A DNA stretch of 64,000 nt, from assembly GCA_965261085.1 (NCBI GenBank), contig OZ253442.1, positions 3,104,001-3,168,000 on the forward strand, read 5' to 3'. Under the pieces are notes generated by a model that did not search any database, was not told the DNA's origin, and worked only from the letters and a program-made list of their open reading frames with translations. Numbering within the stretch: the first letter of the stretch is position 1; each line of letters starts with the position of its first letter. Made by a program: the position numbers and the translations under genes. The DNA comes from a bacterium. GTDB lineage: Bacteria > UBA8248. Below are positions 47,832 through 58,603 of the stretch, one piece after another.

Positions 47832-49454
47832 CTATTTGTCGAGCCAGACGTTATCCAGATGCTGGTTCAGGTAGTGGCTCGGCGCTATCTTCCAACCCTT
47901 CACGTAGCTTCGGTGGGGGTTGATCTTGTACCACCAGAGCGTCACGAACTGGTGCGCCATCTCATCGAGGGCGCGCTTTTCATACTTGCGCATGATTTCG
48001 CGCTGCTTCTTCACGTCGGGTTCGCGGTTCATCTCGTCGAACCATTTGTCGAGCTGGCGATCCTGGTATTGCGCGTACTGGTTGCCCGCCCTGTCGTCGG
48101 AGATGAACTTCGAGATGTCGACCAGCGGATTGATGACCGACTGGCAGTTGAAGTCGATGGATACGTCGAAGTTCTTCTTCTTTCTCAGCGTGGCGTAGAA
48201 AGGCCCGGAAGGCTGCACCCACTGCTTGACCTTGAGGCCGATCTTCCGCCACTGGTCGATGACCCAGGTGCCCACGACCTTGTAGGGCTGGTCCACTCCC
48301 CGGTTGTGCAGGGTGAACTCGAAGCCGCTCGGATAGCCGGCTTCCTTGAGGAGTCTCTTGGCCTCGGCGCGGGATTTATTGATGTCCGACCAGTAGCCCG
48401 CGATCTTCGTTAATTCCTCTTTCGTGGCCGCCAGGGGATGTTTGGGAAAAACCACGCCGCCGACGGTCTTCACGATGGCGATGCGCGAGAGGTATTTGGA
48501 TCCGCCCCAGCGGTCGATCGCCAGCGTAAGCGCCCGGCGCACGCGCGCATCGTCAAAAGGCTTGCGCTTGTGGTTGGGCGTCACCATGAGATTGCAGTTC
48601 CAGTCGCTTTCCTGGACGGTGAGCTTGTCGCCCAGCGCTTTCTTGAGATCGTCACGCGCCTTGGGCGGAAATCCGCGGAATTCGATGGCCGCGCGGTCGC
48701 CGCGAATGGCCTGGAGGCGAATGGCCATCTTGGGCGCGGAAATCGCCCGGTAGCCGTCGAGATAGGGTTTTCCCTTGTGGTGGTATTTGGCGTAGCGCTT
48801 GCCCTCGACGAACGCGCCCGGCTGGTGCTGCACGAACGTGAAGGCGCCCGTGCCGTTCACGTTCTTCTGGTGCCATCTGTAGCCGTGCTTGTCGAGGTCG
48901 GCCTTCGAGTAGATGAAGTTATAAGGCAGCGCAAGCGCCGGAACGAAGGAGCCCGTCGGGTATTTCAGCTTGTAGACCAGCGTCTCGGGGTCCGGTGCGC
49001 TGACGGATTTCACCATGCTGAAAAACGCCTTGCGGTTGCTCTCGATGCCTTTCGGCGGGCTGATGATCTTGTCATACGTCGCCTTCACGTCCGCAGAGGT
49101 GAGTTTCTGGCCGTTGTGGAACGAGATGTCCTTGCGGATTTTGAAGGTGTACTTCGTATGCCCTTCTGTCGGCTTCGGCACTCCGCCCTCGCACACGTCG
49201 CAGACGAAATCCGTCGGTGAAGAGGGATTGTCCGGATTCACGCGAATCAGCAGGCTGTAGAAGGGACGAAGCGGGTGAATCATCCCGAAGGTGGATTCGA
49301 TGTGGCCATCGTATGAGGGAATCTTACTGCCGACGACGAATTTGAGAATGCCGCCTTTCTTGGGAGCCGCCTCGGCGGGTGGAGCAAAACTCCACAGCGC
49401 CAGGGCGAACAGCGCCGCTACGATGACGAAAGTTCTGAGACGAGTCTTAAGCAT
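47832..49454 (-). CDS. ABC transporter substrate-binding protein, family 5
   Basis: Signal peptide, PKKGGIL, FHNG..LTS.DV..T, GTGAF, PFDD.RVRRAL, LDNVWLDK. Confidence 0.93.
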   Translation of the reverse strand: MLKTRLRTFVIVAALFALALWSFAPPAEAAPKKGGILKFVVGSKIPSYDGHIESTFGMIHPLRPFYSLLIRVNPDNPSSPTDFVCDVCEGGVPKPTEGHTKYTFKIRKDISFHNGQKLTSADVKATYDKIISPPKGIESNRKAFFSMVKSVSAPDPETLVYKLKYPTGSFVPALALPYNFIYSKADLDKHGYRWHQKNVNGTGAFTFVQHQPGAFVEGKRYAKYHHKGKPYLDGYRAISAPKMAIRLQAIRGDRAAIEFRGFPPKARDDLKKALGDKLTVQESDWNCNLMVTPNHKRKPFDDARVRRALTLAIDRWGGSKYLSRIAIVKTVGGVVFPKHPLAATKEELTKIAGYWSDINKSRAEAKRLLKEAGYPSGFEFTLHNRGVDQPYKVVGTWVIDQWRKIGLKVKQWVQPSGPFYATLRKKKNFDVSIDFNCQSVINPLVDISKFISDDRAGNQYAQYQDRQLDKWFDEMNREPDVKKQREIMRKYEKRALDEMAHQFVTLWWYKINPHRSYVKGWKIAPSHYLNQHLDNVWLDK

Positions 49455-49541
49455 ATGGATATCTCCTTTTGAATACTCGGATGAAATTCATACATCCCAA
49501 ATTAAGTCGTGAAACGAGTAAAACTACATAGCCAAAAAATT

Positions 49542-50576
49542 TCAGACTTCCATACAGGCCACCCAATGGCTCGGTTTCAACTCCCGCGAAACAGGCGCCT
49601 CTTTGGAGCAGTTCTCCACCGCGATAGGACACCGGGGGTGGAACACACAGCCCGATGGCGGGTTTATCGGGCTGGGCACCTCTCCCGCGACGAAGCTGAT
49701 ATCGCGTTTCTGCTCGACCTCCGGGTCCGGCACCGGAACGGCCGAAAGCAACGCCCGCGTATAGGGGTGCATCGGATTATCGTACAATTCGTCGCAATCC
49801 GCCAATTCCACGATCCGGCCCAGATACATGACCGCCACCCGGTGGCAAAGGTGGCGCACCACGCTCAGATCATGCGCGATGAACAGGTACGTCAGATTAT
49901 ATTCATCTCTCAAGTCTTCGAGCAAATTGATGATTTGCGCCTGGATCGACACGTCGAGCGCCGAGACGGGTTCATCGCAGATGATGAAATCGGGCTTCAG
50001 GCTCAAGGCCCGTGCGATTCCCACGCGCTGGCGCTGCCCGCCGCTCATCTCGTGTGGATATCTATCCGCCATCCTGGGATTCAGCCCGCAGACGCTGAGC
50101 AACTCGCTGACTCTATTCTTTCTCTTTCGGGCGTCCGGTTCGATTCCGTGGACGTACATGGGCTCGTCTATTATTGCGCCGATCTTCATGCGCGGATTCA
50201 AAGAACTGTACGGGTCCTGGAAGATTACCTGGATTTTTTGCCTGTATTCGCGCAATTCCACCTGACCGAGCTTCGTCAAATCCACGCCGTCAAAAACAAT
50301 TTCACCCTCCGTGGGCCGTTCGAGCTGGAGGATGCACCTTCCCGTCGTCGTCTTCCCGCAGCCGCTTTCGCCCACGAGACCCAGCGTCTCGCCGCGCCTG
50401 ATGTGCAAATCCACGCCATCCACGGCCTTCACCAAGCCGACGAGTTTATTGAAAACCACGCCCTCGGTGATGGGAAAATGCATCTTGAGGCCCTTGACGT
50501 CGAGGAGAACGTCGCCAAGCCCACCATTTCGGGTGAGTTGGGCATCACTTTCCATAGTGGACCCCGCATGGTTCAT
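49542..50576 (-). CDS. Peptide ABC transporter ATP-binding protein (DppF/OppF)
   Basis: [38 protein letters not shown]. Confidence 0.95.
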   Translation of the reverse strand: MNHAGSTMESDAQLTRNGGLGDVLLDVKGLKMHFPITEGVVFNKLVGLVKAVDGVDLHIRRGETLGLVGESGCGKTTTGRCILQLERPTEGEIVFDGVDLTKLGQVELREYRQKIQVIFQDPYSSLNPRMKIGAIIDEPMYVHGIEPDARKRKNRVSELLSVCGLNPRMADRYPHEMSGGQRQRVGIARALSLKPDFIICDEPVSALDVSIQAQIINLLEDLRDEYNLTYLFIAHDLSVVRHLCHRVAVMYLGRIVELADCDELYDNPMHPYTRALLSAVPVPDPEVEQKRDISFVAGEVPSPINPPSGCVFHPRCPIAVENCSKEAPVSRELKPSHWVACMEV

Positions 50577-50579
50577 TGT

Positions 50580-51569
50580 TCATTCTCTCCCTGCGTGGAG
50601 ATTGTGCTTTTCCCAACAGGCGGCCAGATGACCGTTCCCAATCGTCTCTAGCGGCGGTATCTCGCTCGCGCATCTATCCACGGCGAACTTGCACCGGGGC
50701 AGAAAAGCGCAGCCCGCGCCCAGGCGCGTCAGGTCGGGCGGCTGTCCGTCGATGGGGTCCAGGCGCTTTTGCCTGGGCTGATCGAGCCTCGGCACGGAAC
50801 TCAGCAGCCCCAGGGTGTATGGATGCCTGGGCTCACGGTAGATGTCCGCCGCGAGACCACGCTCGATAATCCTTCCGGCGTACATGACGTTCACGCGATC
50901 CGCATACCGGGCCACCACGCCGAGGTTGTGCGTGATGATGATGAGCGCCACACCGAGGCGTTTGGTGAGGTTTTTCATCAACTCCAGAATCTGGGCCTGG
51001 ATGGTGACGTCGAGCGCCGTTGTCGGCTCATCCGCGATGATGAGCTTCGGCTCGCAGCAAAGCGCCATCGCGATCATCACCCTTTGCCGCATCCCGCCGC
51101 TCAGGTGATGGGGGTATTGCCGAATGCGCCGCTCGGGCTCGGATATGCCCACGAGGCGGAGATATTCGACCGCTTTTTTCTCCGCGTCGGCCCTGTCCAT
51201 GCCGAGGTGATGCTCCATCGTCTCGGTGAGCTGCAGCCCGATGGTCAAAACGGGGTTGAGGGAAGTCATCGGCTCCTGAAAGATCATGCCGATCTGGCGG
51301 CCCCGGATGTTTCTGATCTGCAAATCGTCGAGTTTGATCAGATCATCTCCCAGAAAGCGTATCACTCCCCCGACGATGCGGCCGGGCGGGTTCGGGATGA
51401 GGCCGAGAACGGAGAGCGCGCTCACGGACTTCCCGCAGCCCGATTCGCCGACAATCGCCACCGTCTCGCCTTCCTGAACGTCATAAGAGATGCCGTTGAC
51501 GGCCTTGACGACGCCGGAGGAGGTGAAAAAATGCGTTCTCAAGTCTTCGATTTCAAGAAGCGCGCTCAT
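50580..51569 (-). CDS. Peptide ABC transporter ATP-binding protein (DppD/OppD)
   Basis: GESGCGKS, FQEPMTSLNP, SGGMRQR, ADEPTTALDVT. Confidence 0.95.
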   Translation of the reverse strand: MSALLEIEDLRTHFFTSSGVVKAVNGISYDVQEGETVAIVGESGCGKSVSALSVLGLIPNPPGRIVGGVIRFLGDDLIKLDDLQIRNIRGRQIGMIFQEPMTSLNPVLTIGLQLTETMEHHLGMDRADAEKKAVEYLRLVGISEPERRIRQYPHHLSGGMRQRVMIAMALCCEPKLIIADEPTTALDVTIQAQILELMKNLTKRLGVALIIITHNLGVVARYADRVNVMYAGRIIERGLAADIYREPRHPYTLGLLSSVPRLDQPRQKRLDPIDGQPPDLTRLGAGCAFLPRCKFAVDRCASEIPPLETIGNGHLAACWEKHNLHAGRE

Positions 51570-51742
51570 CCACACTCGATCTTTTGAAACCAGGAAGAAG
51601 CAAAGACAAAAAATATCATTGGTGCTTTGTCAATCCAAGATATGGAAAACACTAAATCTTGTTATAGGTAAAGTCAATCGGTGATTTTCGCGGCATGGGC
51701 GAGGGCCTTTTTCAGGCGTCAAATGGTGGGCGAAGCGCGGCG

Positions 51743-53872
51743 TCAGGCGGAGTTTCGGGTGATGACGAGCGCATCCGCCACGAGGCATCCCCTGCCCGCT
51801 TCGCGCAGAAAAACGGGGTTCAAATCCACTTCTTCAATCTGCGCGCGGTGGGCGAAAGCGAGGTCTCCCAGGCGGCGGATCGCCTCGGCGAACGCTTTTG
51901 TGTCGAGCGGCCCGCGCCCACGGTGGCTCTCGAATATCTTCTTGCTCTTCAGTTCATCCATCATCTCGTAGGCGTCATCGAGCACAAGAGGCGCTGCCCG
52001 CGCGCTCACGTCGTCGAGAAGCTCCACATCCACCCCGCCCAGGCCAATCGTCACCATCGGGCCGAACTGCGGGTCCCTCTTCACGCCGAGCAAAAACTCG
52101 ACGCCATCCCCAACCTGCTCCTGAAGGAGATAACCCTCCAGATCACACCTTTTGCGCAAACTCGAGATTTCAGAGAGGGCGGCTTCGAGCGACGCCTCAT
52201 CGCCCAGGCCCGTTTTCACCAGCCCCCATTCCGTCTTGTGATGAATTTTCGAGGACACCCCCTTCAAAACGAGCGGAAAGCGCAAATCACGCGCCGCCCG
52301 GCGCACCTCTTCTTCTGTGCGGCAATACCGGTGGGCCACCACGGGCAAACCGAAATCCCGCATGAGCGCCAGACATTGCGCTTCATTCAGTGAGCCGGCG
52401 CTCGACAGGGTTTCCGCTACCGAGGGGGATGGCGCTTCATTAACGGGCGGCGGCGCGCTATTTTTTCTTCTCTTCAAAACTTCTGCATACCGCACCAGGG
52501 CCGCCGCCGCGCGCGCGCAGCCCGAGATGGACTGAAATGAGGCTATCCCCTTTCCCGCCAGTAGCCTGTGCGCATCCTCCGCATGGGGATTGAAATATGC
52601 CAGCATGGGAACGTCGGGGCTCGTCCGCTTCAAGCGTACGATGGGCTCCACTCCCATCTCGGGCTTGAACTGCGCGCTCGAACCCACGATGGGAATCACC
52701 GCGTCGAAGGGGCCGCTCTCGAGAAAATTTTCGAGAAAATCCGAATAAAGGTGAATGTCCGCGATGGTGGTATCGAGCGGATTCTCTATCCGCCCAAACG
52801 CGGGGTGTTTTTCCTTTATCCTGGCGCTGAGGGCGTCATCCACCTCGGCGACTTCCAGGCCGAGGGCGCCGCACTTATCGGCCATCAAGGCGCCCGCCCC
52901 GCCCGTCGTCGTCACGATGCCCACTCTCTTTCCCTTTGGTCTTGCCGAGACGCAAAACATGTGGGCGACCTCGAAAAGCGCTTCGAGGTCATCCACCCGC
53001 GTGACGCCCCACCCCCGGAACAGCGCCTCATAGGCCCTGTCCTCACCCACCATGGCCCCCGTATGGCTCAAGGCCGCGCGCTCCCCCTCGCGCGCCTCGC
53101 CCACCTTCAGCACGACCACGGGCTTCTCCCGGCGCAGCGCTTTTTCGAGAACCTTTTTGAACTTCTCTCCGTCGCGCACCCCTTCGAGATAGACCGCGAT
53201 GGCGTGGGTGTGGGAATCGTCGATGAGATAATCGAGATAATCCGAGACTTCCAGATCCATCTCGTTGCCGCAGGAGATCAGGTAGCTGAACCCGATGCCG
53301 CGCTGTGTGGCGCGCGAGAGCAGTGCGCCGCCGATGCTCCCGCTCTGGCAGACGACCCCAATGCGCCCCGGCAGCATCTCCTCCACGTCGAGCGCGATTA
53401 AGCCCGCGAGGTGAAAATTGTGATGGAAATTGTGAACGCCCGACGTATTCGGCCCGCAAACGCGGATGCCGGTATTTCGGGCGATGCGCTGAATGTCAGC
53501 TTCCAGGCTCGCGCCCGCCTCGTCCGCCTCGGAAAAACCGCCGGTATAGATGATGGCCGCGCCTACTCCCGCCTCGGCGCATTCGGCCAGAACGCCCGCC
53601 ACTCGCTCTCTTCCCACGGTGATGAATGCGACATCCGGCGCTTCGGGAAGCGCGTCGAGACTCGACCGGCAAGGCAGGCCGGCCACTTCCTCGTATTTGG
53701 GATTTATGGGGTATACCCGACCCGCAAAGCCGTGGCGCAGTAGATTCTTCACCAGGCGGCCGTTGAACTGCTCAAGGTTCGCCGACGCCCCGACGACGGC
53801 TATCGAGGCGGGCGAGAGAAGATTTTCAAGGCCTTCAGTTACGTTGCGTCGCATAATCAGGCGATTTCCCAA
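51743..53872 (-). CDS. ADP-forming acyl-CoA synthetase (acetate--CoA ligase family)
   Basis: P.SIAVVGAS, GPN, QSGS, GNE.DL, YLEG, SHTG, NP.D, HKTE.G.V, DLNPV. Start uncertain. Confidence 0.9.
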   Translation of the reverse strand: MGNRLIMRRNVTEGLENLLSPASIAVVGASANLEQFNGRLVKNLLRHGFAGRVYPINPKYEEVAGLPCRSSLDALPEAPDVAFITVGRERVAGVLAECAEAGVGAAIIYTGGFSEADEAGASLEADIQRIARNTGIRVCGPNTSGVHNFHHNFHLAGLIALDVEEMLPGRIGVVCQSGSIGGALLSRATQRGIGFSYLISCGNEMDLEVSDYLDYLIDDSHTHAIAVYLEGVRDGEKFKKVLEKALRREKPVVVLKVGEAREGERAALSHTGAMVGEDRAYEALFRGWGVTRVDDLEALFEVAHMFCVSARPKGKRVGIVTTTGGAGALMADKCGALGLEVAEVDDALSARIKEKHPAFGRIENPLDTTIADIHLYSDFLENFLESGPFDAVIPIVGSSAQFKPEMGVEPIVRLKRTSPDVPMLAYFNPHAEDAHRLLAGKGIASFQSISGCARAAAALVRYAEVLKRRKNSAPPPVNEAPSPSVAETLSSAGSLNEAQCLALMRDFGLPVVAHRYCRTEEEVRRAARDLRFPLVLKGVSSKIHHKTEWGLVKTGLGDEASLEAALSEISSLRKRCDLEGYLLQEQVGDGVEFLLGVKRDPQFGPMVTIGLGGVDVELLDDVSARAAPLVLDDAYEMMDELKSKKIFESHRGRGPLDTKAFAEAIRRLGDLAFAHRAQIEEVDLNPVFLREAGRGCLVADALVITRNSA

Positions 53873-53892
53873 AAATTCATGGCGGGTAAAAA

Positions 53893-55044
53893 TTACGCTC
53901 TGGGCGGGCGCTGGCTGAAGGGGCGCTCATAGATCAGGGAAGCCAGGCGGTTTCTCAACATCTCGGTGGAACCTCCCGCGATGGACCACCCGCGAATCTT
54001 GCGGTAGAGGAACTCGAGCGGCATCTCGGTCGAAAAACCATAGCCGCCATGAAGCTGAATCGCGTCGTCCGCCACCTGGCGCGCCATCTCGTTGCAGTAG
54101 AGCTTCGCGCTCGTCGTCTCGATTGCCGAGGGCAGGCCCGCGCGCGCGTTCGAGAGCGCCCGGTAAAGGAGCAGGCGCGCCGCCTCGAGCTTGACCCGCA
54201 TGTCCGCGACCATCCACTGCACTCCCTGAAACTCACACAGGGGGCGCCCGAATTGCCGCCTCTCGCTGGTATGCGCGACCGTCATATCGTAAGCCGCCTG
54301 CGCCAGAGCGAGGCAGCGCGTGGCGTTCCCTAACCTCTCCACGTTGAACACGGGCATAAGCACCTGAAAACCCTCCGCATCCACAAGCACGTTCTCCTTA
54401 GGCGCGCGCGCGTTCTCGAAGTGAAGCGCGCAGTGCGCCTCCCCGCTCATGTAGTGTTCGGTCTTTCCTTTCGTGAAGCCGGGCGTTCCCGTCTCCACCA
54501 CGACGGCGCCGCAATCCCGCGTCCTGGGGCCGAAGCGGACGTAGACGACGAACAAATCAGCGTGCGGGGCGTTGGAACTGAAGCACTTCTGGCCGTTCAC
54601 GACGACGCTATCGCCGTCATACTCCGCCGTGGTCTGTAAATCCGTGGCCGCCGAACCGGCGTCGGGCTCCGTCATGCTGATGGAGATTATCTTCTCCCCC
54701 CGGCATATCGGGGGCAAAAACCGCTCTTTCTGCTCGGCGGAACCCAATTCGTCTATCACGCGGATGGGGCCCATGTTCCCCATCTGCACCACGTCGCCGC
54801 TGTGGGGGCACACTTGGGAGACCGCCTCCATCACCAGGCAGGCCTCGAAAATCGAGTGGCCCCCTCCGTGGGGTTCGGTTACCGTCATACCCATCATGCC
54901 GTGCTCGGCCAGCACCTGCATCGAACGCCGGGGGTATTCTCCCGTTCGCGCATAGGAGAAGGCATCGGGCGCGAATTCCCTTAAAGCCAGTTCCCGCGCC
55001 GTCTGCTGGAGCAGGCGGTCTGATTCTTCAAGTTGAAAATCCAC
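53893..55044 (-). CDS. Acyl-CoA dehydrogenase
   Basis: MTEPDAGSA, NGQKCF, ERL, R.QFG..L..FQ, QLHGGYG, IAGGSTE. GTG start with RBS AGGAGG. Confidence 0.93.
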   Translation of the reverse strand: MDFQLEESDRLLQQTARELALREFAPDAFSYARTGEYPRRSMQVLAEHGMMGMTVTEPHGGGHSIFEACLVMEAVSQVCPHSGDVVQMGNMGPIRVIDELGSAEQKERFLPPICRGEKIISISMTEPDAGSAATDLQTTAEYDGDSVVVNGQKCFSSNAPHADLFVVYVRFGPRTRDCGAVVVETGTPGFTKGKTEHYMSGEAHCALHFENARAPKENVLVDAEGFQVLMPVFNVERLGNATRCLALAQAAYDMTVAHTSERRQFGRPLCEFQGVQWMVADMRVKLEAARLLLYRALSNARAGLPSAIETTSAKLYCNEMARQVADDAIQLHGGYGFSTEMPLEFLYRKIRGWSIAGGSTEMLRNRLASLIYERPFSQRPPRA

Positions 55045-55283
55045 GAAACCTCCTTCAAAACCATTGGAGCGATGACACCGCAAATACCCAAGAGCGCGCC
55101 GCCTGCCCTGCTGATCACTCCAGGCGGACATGCGCGACATCCCAAGTTTTACAACACCTTCGGTTTCGAGGCGAGACGCCGCGCATCGATGAAACTAAGC
55201 CATGCGGCGAGCACGGAGGCGCTTTGGCCTCCCGCCGAATTATTCTACAATCACAGAATCCACTATCCGCTCCGGAGACTGCG

Positions 55284-56012
55284 ATGAACACCGCCCATGA
55301 AACCCCGTTTCGCGTCGGCCTTCTGGTTCCCTCGTCGAACGCAACGATGGAGCGCGATTTTCACAAGAACCTGCCGGAGGGAGTCTTCACCGCCACTTCC
55401 CGCATGTTCCTCGATGAGACGACGAAGCAGGCCGAAATCCGCATGATCGAAGAATCCCTGCCCGAGGCGAACCGGATGCTTAGGACCGTTCATCCCCATT
55501 TTTGCGTCTTCGGCTGCACGTCGGGCGGCGCACTCTTCGGACAGGCGCATGACCAGAAGATTAAAGCGCAAATCGAAGAGCAAACCGGCGCGGAGACGGC
55601 CACCATTCTTTCTGCGCTCTCGCGTGAATTCGCCGAGATGGGGGCCAGGAAACTGGTGGTGCTCACGCCCTACGTCGATGAGTTGAACGCGTCCATACGC
55701 GCCTCTCTCGAAGAAGACGGCATGGAGGTTCTCTCGATAGACGGCATGGGGATAACGGACAACATCGAGATCGGCAACACGCGGGCGGATAAAATCCTAA
55801 AGTTCGCGGACGAGAGGCTCTCCCCTCAGAACTTGAAAAAAGCGGATTGTCTTTTCATCTCCTGCACGAACCTCCCCGCCGTCGACGCCCTGCCCGAGAT
55901 TCATGCCCGCTATCCCGACCTCCCCCTGATGACGAGCAACCTGGCCGCTCTCCTGGCGGTGCGTAGAAAATTTGAGGGGGGAATGACGCGGGAGAGCGCC
56001 CGCCCGGGATGA
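55284..56012 (+). CDS. Maleate cis-trans isomerase / Asp-Glu racemase family protein
   Basis: GLLVPSSN.TME, FGCTSG, TPY, ISCTNL, TSN. Confidence 0.9.
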   Translation: MNTAHETPFRVGLLVPSSNATMERDFHKNLPEGVFTATSRMFLDETTKQAEIRMIEESLPEANRMLRTVHPHFCVFGCTSGGALFGQAHDQKIKAQIEEQTGAETATILSALSREFAEMGARKLVVLTPYVDELNASIRASLEEDGMEVLSIDGMGITDNIEIGNTRADKILKFADERLSPQNLKKADCLFISCTNLPAVDALPEIHARYPDLPLMTSNLAALLAVRRKFEGGMTRESARPG

Positions 56013-56144
56013 CTCCGCTCTCTTCCTCTGACGTAAAAATCGGTGTAGGATTGGCATCCGCTATATTGACATGGCAGCATCCAGCATCGAGGGCGCCTCG
56101 GGGCGCGCCTTGAGCAGGATGCGTATGAACCTCACCAGAATGGA

Positions 56145-57533
56145 GTGAATTTAATCTTGGAAGCGCGCGTACTCTCCCCTTGCGGCGTCATCGGCTCCGG
56201 TTTTCCCCAAAGCTCTTTCGAGCGTGGCTTGTCCATGAAGCCGCACATCATCGCCTGCGACGGGGGATCGACGGACAACGGGCCGGCTTTTCTCGGTGCG
56301 GGCAAACCGAACTTCTCCCGCTCGGCGACCAAGCGCGACCTGAAGCTCATGCTCAAAGGGCGAGAAAGCCTGGGAGTTCCCATGATAGTCGGTTCATGCG
56401 GAACGGCGGGCGGTGACGCAGGGCTCGAGTGGATGCGCGATATTTGTCTGGAAATCGCCCGCGAGGAGGGCCTGAGTTTCAATCTCGCACTGGTCCGGGG
56501 TGAGCAGGAAAAGGCGTATCTCAAGAAAAGATACAAGGAAGGCCGCATCCAGGCGCTCGACCCCGCACCCCCGCTCGATGAAGAGATAATCGAAAAAAGC
56601 GCGCACATCGTGGGCATGATGGGCGATGAACCCATCGCCCGGGCGCTCGATCAGGGAGCGGACGTGGTGTTGACGGGCAGGGCTTCTGACACCTCGGTCT
56701 TCGCCTGCCATCCCGTGCGGATGGGTGCGGACCGTGGCCTTTCCTGGCATGCGGCGAAGATACTCGAATGCGGCGCTGCCTGCGCCGTGCACCGCGCGCG
56801 GCCGGATGGTTGTTTCGCCTGGATTCGGGACGATCATTTCGTGGTCGAGCCCTTGAACCCGCAGATGTACTGCACCCCGCAGAGCGTGGCCTCCCACACC
56901 CTGTATGAAAACACGGACCCTTACCGCATCACCGAACCCGCTGGCGTCCTCGACACGAGCCGCTCGGCTTATTCGGCGGAAAACGAGCGCTCCGTTCGCG
57001 TAGTGGGTTCCGAGTTCCATACGGCGGAGCGGTATTCCATCAAGCTCGAAGGAGCCGAACTCGTCGGCTACCAGTCGGTGATCATCGGCGGCGTGCGCGA
57101 CCCCATGATCCTCAAGCAACTCGACTCCTGGCTCGACGGCATCAGAGAGGGCTTCGATACGCGCGTTCAGGAAATCTTCCCCGACCGGGAAACGCCGCCC
57201 GCTTATCAACTCACCATCCGCGTATTCGGGCGCGACGCCGTGATGGGGAAGCTCGAACCCCAGGCGGACCGGATTCCGCACGAGGTGGGCGTTCTCTTCG
57301 AGGTGACGGCGGAGGATCAGGTATCCGCCAATACGATGGCGGCCACCCTGGCCCATTTCGCGCTCCACTACCCCATTCCCGAGTGGGGCGGCCTCATATC
57401 GACCCTGGCGTTTCCCTTCACGCCGGCGGAGCTTGAAAAAGGCCCTGTCTATCGCTTCAACCTGAACCACATTGTCTACCCGGACGACCCCTACGAGATG
57501 TTCCCGGCCGAGATGATGGAGGTGGCGAACTGA
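56145..57533 (+). CDS. AtuA-like (DUF1446) family protein
   Basis: G.IG.GF, DGGSTD.GP..LG.G, GS.GTAG, GR..D, WHAAKILECG, SVA.HTLYE..DP, GVRDP. Confidence 0.85.
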   Translation: MNLILEARVLSPCGVIGSGFPQSSFERGLSMKPHIIACDGGSTDNGPAFLGAGKPNFSRSATKRDLKLMLKGRESLGVPMIVGSCGTAGGDAGLEWMRDICLEIAREEGLSFNLALVRGEQEKAYLKKRYKEGRIQALDPAPPLDEEIIEKSAHIVGMMGDEPIARALDQGADVVLTGRASDTSVFACHPVRMGADRGLSWHAAKILECGAACAVHRARPDGCFAWIRDDHFVVEPLNPQMYCTPQSVASHTLYENTDPYRITEPAGVLDTSRSAYSAENERSVRVVGSEFHTAERYSIKLEGAELVGYQSVIIGGVRDPMILKQLDSWLDGIREGFDTRVQEIFPDRETPPAYQLTIRVFGRDAVMGKLEPQADRIPHEVGVLFEVTAEDQVSANTMAATLAHFALHYPIPEWGGLISTLAFPFTPAELEKGPVYRFNLNHIVYPDDPYEMFPAEMMEVAN

Positions 57534-57847
57534 TGGCCACGCTCGGTGAACTCGCCAAACTCATTCGCTCGAAAAACGCAGGGCCGTTCAACCTCACGTT
57601 CGACGTCATGTTCGATGAGGAAGACACCTATCGGCATGTGGTGGATTCGAATGTCCTCACCAAGGAGGTGTTTTGCCGCCTCTACAATCTGACCGAGGAG
57701 AAGGTGCTGCTCGTCCACCACGACGCCGCGCGCGCGATTAAAATATCCATTCCCCGCCCCGTGTTCTCCTGCGATCTGGAAGACGCCGACTGCTACGGCG
57801 GCCAGCAGTTCGGCCCCCTTGTCGGCCTCGAAGTCCCGGACCCATAA
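57533..57847 (+). CDS. DUF4387 family protein
   Basis: L.ELAK.IRSKNAGPF.LTFD.MF, AIKISIPR, D.YGGQQ..PL. Confidence 0.88.
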   Translation: MATLGELAKLIRSKNAGPFNLTFDVMFDEEDTYRHVVDSNVLTKEVFCRLYNLTEEKVLLVHHDAARAIKISIPRPVFSCDLEDADCYGGQQFGPLVGLEVPDP

Positions 57848-57871
57848 GAAAGACTGCGCGGAGATAAGAAG

Positions 57872-58480
57872 ATGGCGATTCAGACGACCGCGGATGAGAT
57901 TCGAGCGCTCTTCCCGGAGGTGAACCAAATCGAAGACGCCGATTTACGCGAGGGCGTCATCGACATCTGGCTGGACTTGGCCCGGGAGACCGCCTGGGAG
58001 CGTTTCGGGGACATCCCCAAAAACCTGAAAGAAGAAAAACACATGACGCTCATCGGCCACGTTCAGGGCGTCACCCAAATGGCGCTCGCCATGGCCGATA
58101 TCGCCGAAAGACTCCACGGGATCCAGGTCGACCGCGACCTGCTCATCGCCTCCTGCATCCTGCACGACATCTCGAAACCGCTCGAGTCCACGCCCAACCC
58201 CGGCGGCCCCCCCACGGGCAGCAGCGTGCCGCCAGGGAAAATCACCGAATTCGGCGAGAAAATCCAGCACGCCGTCTACGGGGCGCACAAAATCTGGGCC
58301 AAGGGCCTGCCCAAGGCCACGGAACTGGCGCACCTGGTCATCACCCATACGCGCACGAGCAATACGCGCTCGAACAGCTACGAGGCCGCGCTGCTTTTCT
58401 ACGCCGACTGGGCGGATTCGGACGCAGGCATCGTCCTGGGCGGAGACGCGCCCTTCTCCGCGAAATGGGTGGAGAAGTAG
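57872..58480 (+). CDS. HD domain metal-dependent phosphohydrolase
   Basis: L..HV..V...A, LHDISK, H..YG, H...H, EA..L.YAD. Confidence 0.85.
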   Translation: MAIQTTADEIRALFPEVNQIEDADLREGVIDIWLDLARETAWERFGDIPKNLKEEKHMTLIGHVQGVTQMALAMADIAERLHGIQVDRDLLIASCILHDISKPLESTPNPGGPPTGSSVPPGKITEFGEKIQHAVYGAHKIWAKGLPKATELAHLVITHTRTSNTRSNSYEAALLFYADWADSDAGIVLGGDAPFSAKWVEK

Positions 58481-58603
58481 GGACGATGTACATAATAAAG
58501 AGTAATACTCTTACCACAACTTAATGTCAGCAAGTTATTCTTCGGGACTGAGGATTATTACCCCAATAATCATCACTTTGGCAGCAGAAAAGGCAAGTAA
58601 TTC

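Noticed and set aside
53893-55044. 3-sulfinopropionyl-CoA desulfinase
   Set aside because: It retains Glu in NVERL where I recall the desulfinase has Gln; treated as an ordinary acyl-CoA dehydrogenase.
56066-56076. TTGACATGGCA shared with the coxS upstream region (40183) as a common regulator site
   Set aside because: An 11-nt match that includes the -35 hexamer; two occurrences are not enough to exclude chance.
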